Source: an uncultured Desulfatitalea sp. (GTDB lineage: Bacteria; Desulfobacterota; Desulfobacteria; Desulfobacterales; Desulfosarcinaceae). From it: a stretch of 64,000 nucleotides of DNA. Each line of letters opens with the position of its first letter. Position 1 is the stretch's first letter. The notes beneath the pieces were generated by a model that searched no databases, was not told where the DNA came from, and saw nothing but the letters and a program-made list of their open reading frames with translations. The translations under genes and the position numbers were made by a program. The stretch covers positions 1 through 64,000 of the forward strand of contig CAXXMB010000001.1 of NCBI GenBank assembly GCA_963668675.2. The letters run 5' to 3'. This document shows positions 30,090 to 40,072 of the stretch, in pieces.

Positions 30090-30143
30090 TCCTGGCAGCA
30101 TGTGCTCTATCCTGTTCCATCGACCAAGCAAGGGAGAAAGACT

Positions 30144-30635
30144 ATGACATCTGTTGTTCTGCGTGCGATCGGTACTATTACCACCCCCCATGGAAAAGCC
30201 GAGGATATGCCCATCCAGCCGGGTGGCGCTGCAAAGACCATGGGCACAGTCGTGGTGGATGAGGCCTATTCCGAAGGTCTGGAGGATCTGGAGGGGTTTT
30301 CCCACATTATTCTGATTTATCAGTTTCACCGCAGCCAGGGGTTTGAACTGCGCGTCAAACCGTTTTTAGACGACCGCAAACGCGGCCTTTTCTCCACGCG
30401 GGCTCCGCGCCGGCCCAACCCGATCGGCTTGTCGGTGGTCTCTCTCGTGAAGCGTGAAGGCAACCGACTCCAGGTCATGGGTATCGATGTGTTGGACGGC
30501 ACCCCTCTGCTCGATATCAAGCCCTTTGTTCCGGCCTTTGATGCGCCGGAGGTGACGGCCCTTGGTTGGTTGGAGGGCAAACAGGGCCTGGAGAAGAAGA
30601 TCCGGTCGGACGACCGGTTTTCGAATAAGCAATAG
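30144..30635 (+). CDS. trmO: tRNA (t6A37) N6-methyltransferase TrmO/TsaA domain
   Basis: GLFSTRAPRRPNPIGLS and LDGTPLLDIKP. Confidence 0.85.
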   Translation: MTSVVLRAIGTITTPHGKAEDMPIQPGGAAKTMGTVVVDEAYSEGLEDLEGFSHIILIYQFHRSQGFELRVKPFLDDRKRGLFSTRAPRRPNPIGLSVVSLVKREGNRLQVMGIDVLDGTPLLDIKPFVPAFDAPEVTALGWLEGKQGLEKKIRSDDRFSNKQ

Positions 30636-30637
30636 GG

Positions 30638-31558
30638 TTAAAGCGCTTCGGGCGTGAAGGTGACCACGTCATCTATGCACTTCGTATCGCAAAGCAGCAT
30701 GACCAGGCGGTCGACACCCAATGCATTGCCAGTGGCCGGGGGCATCCGTGATAGCGCCTGCAGAAACGGTTCGGCCACCGGGTAGAGCGCTTTGCCGGCG
30801 ACGCGGCGCTGTTCGGATTCCGCTGCAAAGCGCTGCCGCTGCTCCACAGGGTCGTTCAGTTCGGTAAATGCATTGCACAACTCCAGCCCCCCGATGTAGA
30901 GCTCGAAACGTTCGGCCAAGTGGGGTTGGCCGGGTTTCAGGCGGGCCAGTGCGCCGCAGGCGGCCGGATAGTCGTAAAGCAGTGTCGGCTTCCCCCATCC
31001 GAGATGCGGTTCGATGGCCAGTCCCATAATCTCGTCAAACCTATCCTCCTGCAAAGCCGCTTGCATGGCGCATCCGCCAAATTTCCGGAAGGCCTCCTCA
31101 ACGCTCAGGTGTTGCCAGGGGGGGCTCAGATCGATGGATCGACCTTGATAGGAGAGGTCTGGCGGCAAATTCACGCTGCGCAACACATGGGTAACGAGTG
31201 CTTCGCATTGCCGCATCATGTGGGCGTAATTCTCACCAGCGGTGTACCACTCGAGCAGGGTCATTTCGGGCAGATGGCGATTGCCCCGCTCTCCTTTGCG
31301 AAAGCATTTGCAAATCTGGAATATTTTGGAGAAACCTTGGGCGAGGAGCCGCTTCATGCACAACTCGGGTGAGGTCTGCAGGTACCAGTCACCGGCCTCC
31401 TGGGCGTCGATATGGGTTTCGGGAGCGGGGGCGGGGATACGAATGGGGGTCTCGACTTCCAGGTAGCCCTGCTGCCCGAAGAACCCCCTTATTGCGGCGA
31501 TCACACGGGAGCGCCGCTCAAGACGATTCACACCTGCTGATGATCTTTTCGTGGCCAT
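30638..31558 (-). CDS. epmA: EF-P lysine aminoacylase EpmA/GenX
   Basis: LysRS catalytic core without anticodon domain: EVETP, LQTSPELCMKRLL, HLPEMTLLEWY, ERFELY, GNALGVDRL. Confidence 0.88.
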   Translation of the reverse strand: MATKRSSAGVNRLERRSRVIAAIRGFFGQQGYLEVETPIRIPAPAPETHIDAQEAGDWYLQTSPELCMKRLLAQGFSKIFQICKCFRKGERGNRHLPEMTLLEWYTAGENYAHMMRQCEALVTHVLRSVNLPPDLSYQGRSIDLSPPWQHLSVEEAFRKFGGCAMQAALQEDRFDEIMGLAIEPHLGWGKPTLLYDYPAACGALARLKPGQPHLAERFELYIGGLELCNAFTELNDPVEQRQRFAAESEQRRVAGKALYPVAEPFLQALSRMPPATGNALGVDRLVMLLCDTKCIDDVVTFTPEAL

Positions 31559-31573
31559 AACGGATAAGCAGCG

Positions 31574-32911
31574 CTATTTGGTGTCCGCTTTCTTGCGTTC
31601 CAGGTAGGTGTCCGCCGGCCGATCCTGGAGAAAGACGTGATCGAACCGGCCCAGATTGGCTGATTCGTACCATTCGTAAGCCTGCTCTTTGCATGCCTGG
31701 CATGCTTTGCGCGGGATATGAACTGCCAGGATGGCGACATCCTTATCCGAAGAGGATTCGATCCTCAGCGCACCGGCGCAATCGTCACAGACGCGGATCG
31801 ATTCGGATTGAACTTCATAGATGTTGTCGGTGTCGTAGAAGATGCGCCGGGAGCGCTGGTGGATGGTTTGGCCGGCACGTGCTTTTTCAGTCAGCTTCTT
31901 GCGCTGTTGCCAGGATTTGAGGACCCTGAGGCCGGTCTGTTCGATCCAGCGGGTTGTGGCCGTGGTTTGCCGGTAGCGTTCGGGGTCGTAGTCCGGTTCG
32001 CGCAAGTGGTTGTAGTCGAGGCCTGCCATGGCCAGGATGATGCCGGTATTGACATAGGGCAGCGCCCCCTCGATCGAGTAGCCGCCTTCGAGAACGGCGA
32101 TATCGGCCTGGAGCAGGTCGGTCAACTCGGCGTAACCGCGCGCCGAAAAGTTCATATTGGTGATCGGATCGGAGTAGTGGTTGTCCTGCCCCGCGGAGTT
32201 GATGATCAGATCGGGTTTGAAATCGTCCAATATGGGCAACACCATCTCTTTGATCGTGTAGAGAAACCCTTCGTCCGAGGTTTGGGGGGGCAGGGGGATG
32301 TTGACCGTCGTTCCCACGGCATTGGGGCCGCCAAGCTCATCGAGAAAGCCAGAGCCGGGATAGAGGGTGCGGCCGTCCTGGTGCAAAGAGATGAAGAGGG
32401 TGTCGGGATCGTGCCAGTAGATGTCCTGGGTGCCGTCACCGTGGTGGCAGTCGGTGTCCACGATGGCCACCCGGTCGATGCCGTAAGCCCTGCGCAGGTA
32501 TTCGACCATGATGGCTTCGATGTTGACGTTGCAGAACCCTCTGGCGCCGTGAACCACCCGGTTGGCATGGTGGCCCGGAGGCCTGACCAGTGCAAAACCG
32601 CGTTCCACCTTGCCGTCCATGCGCGCCATGCCGATGGTTTTTGCGCCGCCGGCGCTGATGAAGTGGGACTCGGTCATGACGGTCCACGGGTCCGGCACGC
32701 AGAAATGGACCCGCTGAACATCCTTGATTGTCACCAGGTCGGGCTTGTACTCCGTGATGCCCTCTATGTCCAGCAACCCCTCTTCGAACACTTGATCCTG
32801 GGTGTAGAGCAACCGCTCCTCACGCTCCGGATGAGACGGGCTGATGGCCCAGTCAAAGGCCGGAAAGAAGACGAGCCCGGTTTTTTTCTTGGCTTTCAGC
32901 ATGATGTCCAC
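31574..32911 (-). CDS. Histone deacetylase-family amidohydrolase with Cys-rich C-terminal extension
   Basis: RPPGHHA, GFC, DTDCHHGDGTQ, SAGQDNH, LEGGY; CDDC...CQAC tail; start may be 32902. Confidence 0.9.
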   Translation of the reverse strand: MDIMLKAKKKTGLVFFPAFDWAISPSHPEREERLLYTQDQVFEEGLLDIEGITEYKPDLVTIKDVQRVHFCVPDPWTVMTESHFISAGGAKTIGMARMDGKVERGFALVRPPGHHANRVVHGARGFCNVNIEAIMVEYLRRAYGIDRVAIVDTDCHHGDGTQDIYWHDPDTLFISLHQDGRTLYPGSGFLDELGGPNAVGTTVNIPLPPQTSDEGFLYTIKEMVLPILDDFKPDLIINSAGQDNHYSDPITNMNFSARGYAELTDLLQADIAVLEGGYSIEGALPYVNTGIILAMAGLDYNHLREPDYDPERYRQTTATTRWIEQTGLRVLKSWQQRKKLTEKARAGQTIHQRSRRIFYDTDNIYEVQSESIRVCDDCAGALRIESSSDKDVAILAVHIPRKACQACKEQAYEWYESANLGRFDHVFLQDRPADTYLERKKADTK

Positions 32912-32954
32912 CTGTATATTCTCCGGATTCGACGATCGATCTGAAGAATTTTAA

Positions 32955-33094
32955 AGAAGTATGAAAGCGAAAAGTATGAAAGTAGGAAAGTTAAGGTATT
33001 CTATCTGATTTTATCGGTCGAGATTAAATGTATCGATTTTCCAAATGATAGAATTCCTTAGCTTTCATACTTTAAACTTTCCACTTTCATACTG
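32955..33094. repeat. Inverted octamer-array element, copy 2
   Basis: Same architecture and core (GAAAGTTAAGGTATTCTATCTG...AAATGATAGAATTCC..CTTTCATACTTT) as 28694-28856. Confidence 0.75.
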
Positions 33095-33098
33095 TTAT

Positions 33099-34790
33099 TT
33101 ATAAATCCTGCCTTCTCAACTTTCCGGCAATGGGGTCGTATCCCTGGATCAGGCCGGGCTTGATCTGGGCCCGTACCCGTATGTTTTTACCGATGGTGTG
33201 AAAGCCCCTGATCATGTTGAACTGATTGGCCTCAATTATTTCCATCTCAAGGTGGTCCGGATTGGCGCCTCGCTGCAGCGCCTTTTCACTGAGCAGTTCC
33301 AGAGCCATCTGGCGCGCATCCTCCAGGCTGAAGCCTCTTGGTATCTCCCGGCTGGCCAGGTCACCGGCCGCGACGGCCACCTGTTGGGCCGTGTCTGCAA
33401 AGAGCATCACCTCGCAGGTGGTGCGTGCCAGGGCGCATCCCACGGCATTGGCCACTTGCCAGTGGGGCACCACGGTCACATTGCCTTCGAACATGGTCAT
33501 GAGCTTTTCGGCAAACTGGGGCGCCGGACCTCCCAGAATCATCAGGTGGCGCGGCTTGATCTCGCTGCCTTCCCAAAGCTCATGGACCGTATAGACCGGT
33601 TTGCTGTTCACGCGGTCGATCATCTCCTGCGCACCGGAAAGAATTTGCCGGCAGGCTTGATCGAAAATCTGCAAAGCCGCCTCATCGAGGGAGACGTTCA
33701 TGCGTTTGGCGATGGGTGCCAGGCCTTCGGCGGCACGCTGGCGATCTCCCCCGTTGACCAGCCCCAGCACACTGAACGCGTCCGTCGGTGTCGGTGTCGG
33801 ACCGCCATAGGCCATGGCGCGCCCCTTACGCTCCGGACCGATGGTCAGCACGCCCTCATCTTCATGCACCACACTGTCGCCGCCCACCCCGATGGATTGT
33901 GTGTGCAGAGCGCGGATGAGTGTCTTATAGGGGCCGATTTCGATCCCCAACGGATCCAGCAGTGGGACTCCGTCGATGAGCAGGGCCATGTCCGTGGTGG
34001 TGCCGCCGATATCCAGCACCAGGGTTGCGCCGCTGCTGGGCGCATAGGCCAGCGCCCCCATCACGCTGGCCGAAGGGCCCGAAAGGATGGAGAGGGCGGG
34101 GTCGTCAAACGACGAGTCGAAGTTCATGTTCCCGCCGTCCGGCTTGAGAATGCGAATCGGCACATCGAGACCCTTTTTCACCAGGGATTGTTTGACCGCT
34201 TGGAAAAACTCTTTGTGGACCGGATAGACGGCGGCGTTAAGATAGGTGGTGGCGATGCGTCGGGGGAAATTGAGGCTGCCCGAGAGTTGATGCCCCAGAA
34301 AGACGCGTTCGAAGTGGGGGGAGATCAGTTGGGCGATCCGCTTTTCATGCTCCGGATTATGCACCGAAAACTTGGAGGCGACACCTACATGTTGAATGCC
34401 CTTAAGCTTTAACGCCTCCGCCACCATCATGATTTCGAAATCATCGACGGTTTCGATTTCGCGGCCGCGATGGTCCACCGCTCCCCGCACGATATGGTAA
34501 TCTGCATTGGTGCGGAACAATCGCGGGTCGATACCCGGTCCGCCTGAAACGATCATGCCTACCGGCGGCAGCTTGTTTTGCACGATGAGGTTGGCTGCCA
34601 ACGTGGTGCTCAGGACAGCTCTTCTGATCTCCTGCGGGTTGACGCCTTCAGTGACCTTTTCCAGGCCGGTCAATACAGTTTCGAACAGGTGGGTTTCGTC
34701 GGTAGGGACCTTGATTTCCTTCTCGATGCCTTTCTGGCCGATAAGGGCTACATCCGTGTGTGTGCCGCCGACATCCAATCCGATAATCAT
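33099..34790 (-). CDS. Hydantoinase A/oxoprolinase-family ATP-dependent protein
   Basis: GLDVGGTHTD, LSTT, ILSGPSAS, DIGGTTTD, GVGGDS, PTPTDA, ANAVG. Confidence 0.9.
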   Translation of the reverse strand: MIIGLDVGGTHTDVALIGQKGIEKEIKVPTDETHLFETVLTGLEKVTEGVNPQEIRRAVLSTTLAANLIVQNKLPPVGMIVSGGPGIDPRLFRTNADYHIVRGAVDHRGREIETVDDFEIMMVAEALKLKGIQHVGVASKFSVHNPEHEKRIAQLISPHFERVFLGHQLSGSLNFPRRIATTYLNAAVYPVHKEFFQAVKQSLVKKGLDVPIRILKPDGGNMNFDSSFDDPALSILSGPSASVMGALAYAPSSGATLVLDIGGTTTDMALLIDGVPLLDPLGIEIGPYKTLIRALHTQSIGVGGDSVVHEDEGVLTIGPERKGRAMAYGGPTPTPTDAFSVLGLVNGGDRQRAAEGLAPIAKRMNVSLDEAALQIFDQACRQILSGAQEMIDRVNSKPVYTVHELWEGSEIKPRHLMILGGPAPQFAEKLMTMFEGNVTVVPHWQVANAVGCALARTTCEVMLFADTAQQVAVAAGDLASREIPRGFSLEDARQMALELLSEKALQRGANPDHLEMEIIEANQFNMIRGFHTIGKNIRVRAQIKPGLIQGYDPIAGKLRRQDL

Positions 34791-35044
34791 GGTTTAGTCC
34801 CGGCAACATACAATCCCCGATTGCACCCGGCAGGCGAGCGCACCTTCGCTTTGTCAATGGATTGTATCGTTACCTTAATATCTAAGGTGTTTTTGTTTAT
34901 CGAGCTACAGGACGCCTCAACGCTTCCTGCCAAGCTATCCAAAAGACTGCCAAAAGTCAAATTTTCCTTTATTCTTGACTCCTTCGCGGCAGATGGGCTA
35001 TCAGAAACGGTTTACACAATGGTTGTTCAGATTGGAAAAATGAG

Positions 35045-36301
35045 ATGATTCAACTCATACGCGGGTTCAAAGATATCCTGCCGGGTGAAACGGCGCTTTG
35101 GCAGCACATCGAAAAGACGGCCACGGCCCTCTTTTCGGCTTTTGGTTTCGGGGAGATCCGTCTCCCCATTATGGAGAAGACCGAACTGTTCGCCCGCAGC
35201 ATCGGGGAAGACACGGACATCGTCGAAAAGGAGATGTACACCTTCACCGACCGCGGAGGCGACCAGCTTACACTGCGCCCGGAGGCAACGGCATCCCTGG
35301 TGCGATCCTACATCCAGCACAAGATGTACGCCGATGACCCGGTGCGCAGGTTCTACACCATCGGCCCCATGTTTCGGCGGGAGCGACCCCAGAAAGGGCG
35401 CTACCGGCAGTTTTACCAAATCAACGTGGAGGCCTTCGGCATAGAAGGGCCTTTCATCGACGCCCAGATGATCTATATGCTCAACACGCTGTTCGAACAG
35501 CTGGGCGTGCATGGAACCCAGGCGCACGTCAACTCGCTGGGATGCCCCGAGTGCCGCCCCAAATTCAGAGACGCACTGCTGGCGCTGTTGGATGGGGCGG
35601 AAGATCAGCTTTGCAGCGATTGCCGGCGGCGCAAAGCACGCAACCCGTTGAGGGTGCTGGACTGCAAAGTGCCCGGATGCCGGGAGGCCGTTAAAGGGGC
35701 ACCGGCCATCGTCGATTATTTGTGCGACGACTGCCGCCAGCACTTTGAGGTGGTCAAGCAGATACTGACCAGGAACGATATCCCTTTTGTACTGGACAAG
35801 CGTCTCGTCAGGGGCTTGGACTACTACACCCGCACCACCTTTGAGATTCAGACCACTGCCCTGGGGGCCCAGAGCGCCGTCGCCGGTGGCGGCCGATACG
35901 ATGGTCTGGTGAAGGCCCTGGGCGGCCCCGCTACCCCGGGAATCGGATTTGCCATCGGATTCGATCGTCTGGTCGAGATCCTCGCTCAGCAGCGCGATAT
36001 CCAGGCTCCCAATCCGCAGCTTTTTATTGCGGCGCTGGGTGACAAGGCCAGGGAGATGGCTTTCCAGTGGACGCTGGCCCTGGCAAAAGGCGGCCTCCAC
36101 GTCGATATGGAACACGCAAACAAGAGTCTCAAGGCGCAGATGAAGCGGGCCAATCGACTCAAGGCCGCCCATGTGCTCATCGTCGGTGAGGATGAGTTGG
36201 CGGCCGGCAAAGGCGTTTTACGCGATATGGCCACCAAAAAGCAGATCGATCTGTCCATCGATAACATCATCGAAACGTTGCAGCAACGGCTGTTGGCATA
36301 G
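35045..36301 (+). CDS. hisS: Histidine--tRNA ligase
   Basis: LRPEATA, FRRERPQKGRYRQFYQ, RGLDYY, GGGRYDGL. Confidence 0.97.
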   Translation: MIQLIRGFKDILPGETALWQHIEKTATALFSAFGFGEIRLPIMEKTELFARSIGEDTDIVEKEMYTFTDRGGDQLTLRPEATASLVRSYIQHKMYADDPVRRFYTIGPMFRRERPQKGRYRQFYQINVEAFGIEGPFIDAQMIYMLNTLFEQLGVHGTQAHVNSLGCPECRPKFRDALLALLDGAEDQLCSDCRRRKARNPLRVLDCKVPGCREAVKGAPAIVDYLCDDCRQHFEVVKQILTRNDIPFVLDKRLVRGLDYYTRTTFEIQTTALGAQSAVAGGGRYDGLVKALGGPATPGIGFAIGFDRLVEILAQQRDIQAPNPQLFIAALGDKAREMAFQWTLALAKGGLHVDMEHANKSLKAQMKRANRLKAAHVLIVGEDELAAGKGVLRDMATKKQIDLSIDNIIETLQQRLLA

Positions 36302-36408
36302 CGCTTTCGAACCGAACCGCCAGTGACCGTTGAGGCTTTAACAGACGATATGATCCGGGAGTGTTACCACCCGGGATATTAAAATTGACAAAACAAGGAG
36401 AAGGGCAA

Positions 36409-38199
36409 TTGGCTGACCTGCTAGGCGACATGCGACGCACCCACCATTGCAACCAATTGGGCGCAGAAAATGTGGGAATGGAAGTCGTATTGATGGGTTG
36501 GGTACAGCGCCGCAGGGATCACGGCGGCGTTATTTTTGTGGATTTGCGTGACCGCGAGGGGCTCACCCAGGTGGTTTTCAATCCGGGGGTCAGCAACGAT
36601 GTCCATGCCAAAGCGCATGGGTTGCGCAGCGAGTTCGTGATCGGTGTCCGCGGTCGTGTGGCGCCTCGGCCCGATGGCATGGTCAACGCCAACCTCACCA
36701 CCGGCGCCATCGAGGTGATGGTCACCGAGCTGCGCATCTTCAACGAAGCGGCAACGCCACCGTTTCTCATCGAAGAAGATACCGACGTGTCCGAAGCGAT
36801 TCGTCTGACCCACCGCCACCTGGACTTGCGCCGGCCCCAGTTGCAAAAGAACATCATTTTGCGGCACAAAGCCGCTGCCGCCGTCCGCCAATACCTCAAC
36901 GGGAATGGGTTCCTTGACATCGAAACGCCGGTGCTGACCCGCAGCACGCCCGAAGGGGCCCGCGACTACCTGGTGCCCAGCCGCGTCAATCCCGGACAGT
37001 TCTATGCGCTGCCGCAGTCACCCCAGATATTCAAGCAGCTGCTTATGGTGGCCGGCTACGAACGCTACTATCAGATCGTGCGCTGCTTTCGAGATGAAGA
37101 TCTGCGCGCCGACCGCCAGCCCGAGTTTACCCAGATCGATATGGAGATGTCCTTCGTGGGCGAGGAGGATATCATGGCCATCTCCGAAGGCTTGATCGCC
37201 TATGTCTTCCAGGAGGTGATGGGAATATCCCAGACCATACCCTTCGACCGCCTGACCTACGCTGAAGCGGTGGATCGCTACGGACTGGACAAGCCCGACA
37301 CACGCTTCGATATGGAACTCAAGGAAATTTCCGATATCGTCGAAGGCTCGGGCTTCAAAGTCTTTGCCGACGTGGTCAAAAAGGGCGGCATCGTCAAGGC
37401 CCTCAATGCAAAGGGATGCGTCGATTTCTCCAGAAAAGAGATCGACGATCTGACCAAATTCGTGGCCGTCTATAAAGCCAAGGGGCTGGCCTGGATCAAG
37501 GTTCGCGAAAATGAGTGGCAATCCCCCATCGCTAAATTTTTCACCGATGAAGAGAAGGCCAAACTGGCAGAGCGCATCGACATGCAGCCCGGTGACTTGA
37601 TCTTCTTCATGGCCGACAAACCAGCCATTGCCAACGAGGCCCTGGGACAGCTGCGCAACCATCTGGGCCAGCGCCTCAACTTGATCGATCCCGAGGCGTT
37701 CAATTTCTTATGGGTCACCCATTTTCCCATGTTCGAGTGGGACGAGACCGAGAAGCGCCACCAGGCCCTGCACCACCCCTTTACCGCTCCCTTGGAAGAG
37801 GACTACAGCCTGTTGGAAAAAGATCCCACAGCCGTGCGCTCGCGCGCCTACGACCTGGTCCTGAACGGATTCGAAATCGGCGGCGGCAGCATCCGTATCC
37901 ACGACATGGATCTGCAGTCCAAGGTGTTCAAGATTCTCGGCATGGACAAGGAGACCTACCAGGGCAAATTCGGTTTCCTGCTCGATGCCCTGCAATCCGG
38001 CGCACCACCCCACGGCGGCCTGGCCTTCGGTTTCGATCGCCTCGTGATGCTCCTGTGCGGCGAGAGCTCCATCAGGGACGTGATCGCTTTTCCCAAAACC
38101 CAAAAGGCCGCCTGCCTGCTCACCGGCGCGCCTTCGGATGCAAGCCAGCCCCAATTGGATGAGCTGTCGCTTCGCATCAAAGCCACGGCCAAGGTGTAG
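36409..38199 (+). CDS. aspS: Aspartate--tRNA ligase (probably non-discriminating)
   Basis: RRRDHGG, TPEGARDY, LPQSPQ, FRDEDLRADRQPEFTQ, GAPPHGG; TTG start after AGGAG. Confidence 0.97.
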   Translation: MADLLGDMRRTHHCNQLGAENVGMEVVLMGWVQRRRDHGGVIFVDLRDREGLTQVVFNPGVSNDVHAKAHGLRSEFVIGVRGRVAPRPDGMVNANLTTGAIEVMVTELRIFNEAATPPFLIEEDTDVSEAIRLTHRHLDLRRPQLQKNIILRHKAAAAVRQYLNGNGFLDIETPVLTRSTPEGARDYLVPSRVNPGQFYALPQSPQIFKQLLMVAGYERYYQIVRCFRDEDLRADRQPEFTQIDMEMSFVGEEDIMAISEGLIAYVFQEVMGISQTIPFDRLTYAEAVDRYGLDKPDTRFDMELKEISDIVEGSGFKVFADVVKKGGIVKALNAKGCVDFSRKEIDDLTKFVAVYKAKGLAWIKVRENEWQSPIAKFFTDEEKAKLAERIDMQPGDLIFFMADKPAIANEALGQLRNHLGQRLNLIDPEAFNFLWVTHFPMFEWDETEKRHQALHHPFTAPLEEDYSLLEKDPTAVRSRAYDLVLNGFEIGGGSIRIHDMDLQSKVFKILGMDKETYQGKFGFLLDALQSGAPPHGGLAFGFDRLVMLLCGESSIRDVIAFPKTQKAACLLTGAPSDASQPQLDELSLRIKATAKV

Positions 38200-38619
38200 C
38201 TTCGAAGCAGCGCACTTTGACCTTATGATGTGCTATTACCCTTTCTTTCCACTCTAAGGAGGATGACTGAAAAGAAGCAGAACCGAACCCGCAACGCCGT
38301 CCGATGTGAACCATCTGCGGCCATAATATCCGCGAGGATAGGCTGATTTCCGGCCAGCATATCGCCGCCGCTGCCGGTTCGGGCCCCGTTTGCAAACGCT
38401 TTCCCAACATTGATTTGTTCGCACACCCACTCTTATCGACATTGACCTGACCGCTCTTCTCATCCAGCCGACCGGAAAGCCATCGGGGCGACGAAACCCT
38501 TCAAATGAATCTTTTTACATAACTTCCACCACCCCACCAACCGCCCGCAAAAATCGTTAGGCTTCGGGCTGAGGATGATGTGACCACCGCATCAACCGCA
38601 AGAAAGGAGAGTTACCGAG

Positions 38620-39426
38620 ATGAGGAGAATCATTTTGTTATCTGTATGGGTTGCTTTGATGGCCATTCCGGCCATCGGACTGGCAGACCTCACCCAGAAC
38701 GACCGTTTGATGCAGCGGCCGGAATGGGACGGCGCCGTCATGCAGGGCCCCTGGATCGAAGGTGCGTTGAGCTTCCAGGAGTGGGATAGTGATTTGGGTG
38801 AAGCCACGGTATGGACCTTGGGGCCGACCTTTGTCACATCGTTGCCCAGCAATCGCGATATCGAGCTCGGAGGGCGCGTCGACCTGATGTACTATGATCC
38901 TGACAATTTCGACAGCGAGACGGGTGTCAGCGATATCGACATCTGGGGGAAATACCAGTTCATCAAGACCCCCGAGTACATGCTCTCAGCAGGCCTGCTC
39001 CTCACCCTGCCCACCGGGTCGAAAGAGATTGTCCATCCTCACGCTTCAGGCGAGGTCAATTTCGAGGGTTTTGCCGCCGGTCGTTACCGGGTAGACAGCC
39101 AAATGGCGCTCATTGCACACGTGGCATTGCGCAAAAACAGCGACATGGATGTGGAGATCAACAGCGTCGAAGTGGAAATCGAGGGTGAAATGCAGATCGC
39201 CGTGGGCGGCGGTGTCATTTACGAAGTAACGCCCGACTTGAACCTTCAGGGGGAACTCAACGCAGCCACCGAAGCATACGACGAGTACGACAACGACATT
39301 CAACTTCGGTTTGGGGCCGACTATCAAGTGACACCCGATCTTATGCTCAGGGGCGGGACCGCCATCGGACTGGACGAAGGAGCACCAGAATGGGAATTGA
39401 CATTTCGATGTGCCTACCTCTTCTGA
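38620..39426 (+). CDS. Putative outer-membrane beta-barrel protein
   Basis: Signal peptide, alternating beta-strand pattern, C-terminal Y-x-F. Confidence 0.7.
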   Translation: MRRIILLSVWVALMAIPAIGLADLTQNDRLMQRPEWDGAVMQGPWIEGALSFQEWDSDLGEATVWTLGPTFVTSLPSNRDIELGGRVDLMYYDPDNFDSETGVSDIDIWGKYQFIKTPEYMLSAGLLLTLPTGSKEIVHPHASGEVNFEGFAAGRYRVDSQMALIAHVALRKNSDMDVEINSVEVEIEGEMQIAVGGGVIYEVTPDLNLQGELNAATEAYDEYDNDIQLRFGADYQVTPDLMLRGGTAIGLDEGAPEWELTFRCAYLF

Positions 39427-39441
39427 CCCCAGCGCAAAATA

Positions 39442-39477
39442 TCCCGGCCTATCCGTCATGCACGGATAGGCCGGGAC
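39442..39477 (+). terminator. Hairpin after the beta-barrel gene
   Basis: TCCCGGCCTATCCGT / ACGGATAGGCCGGGA inverted repeat. Confidence 0.65.
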
Positions 39478-39519
39478 AATTCAGATGGCTATCGTTGTGT
39501 AAAAACGGCTTAATTTTTC

Positions 39520-39548
39520 TTGACATTCAGGTGCGGCTCTACTAAAAA
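39520..39548 (+). promoter_or_regulatory. Probable sigma70 promoter of tRNA-Asn
   Basis: TTGACA at 39520 with an AT-rich -10-like box about 17 bp downstream. Confidence 0.5.
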
Positions 39549-39592
39549 CGCAACTTTCGTAAGGGCGCTGCAGCACAGAGGCGCCGACCCAT

Positions 39593-39668
39593 TCCCCGGT
39601 AGCTCAATCGGCAGAGCGGGTGGCTGTTAACCACTAGGTCGTAAGTTCGAATCTTACCCGGGGAGCCA
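39593..39668 (+). tRNA. tRNA-Asn (GTT)
   Basis: 76 nt, TCCCCGG/CCGGGGA acceptor stem, D arm AGCTCAATCGGCAGAGC, anticodon loop CTGTTAA, GTTCGAAT T loop, encoded CCA. Confidence 0.97.
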
Positions 39669-40012
39669 ACCAATTAACCTGTATTATCAGGTACTTATAA
39701 GTTTACGCAAAACCCCGTGGGATGAAACCCTCGGGGTTTTGTCGTTTTTGCTGTAATAACGGCTACCTACGTTTTTAATCTTCTTTCCGCGTATTCTCCG
39801 ATTCCCGCGATTTTTTGCCGGGTCTGAGCGCGAATGTGGCACTTGACAGCTCCGGCTGAAAATGCGTTCTCCGAATTCTCCGATTTCTCTTTGATTTGGT
39901 TTCTAATTTAACATCTCGGTGATTTCCAGGAATACGGGACCGTCGGTTTTTTGAAACCCGAAACATAAAAGGTGAAAAGCAGCCATGCATGGCTCTAAAT
40001 CACCCTTCCGAA

Positions 40013-40059
40013 TTGACATGCGTTGGCTTTTCGTGTATTCGTTATTCGCGAATCGCGAA
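40013..40059 (+). promoter_or_regulatory. Promoter with overlapping palindromic operator-like repeats
   Basis: TTGACA at 40013; TATTCGTTATTCGCGAATCGCGAA (contains palindrome ATTCGCGAAT) directly before the AAGGAG RBS. Confidence 0.55.
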
Positions 40060-40072
40060 AGGAGAATGGCTG

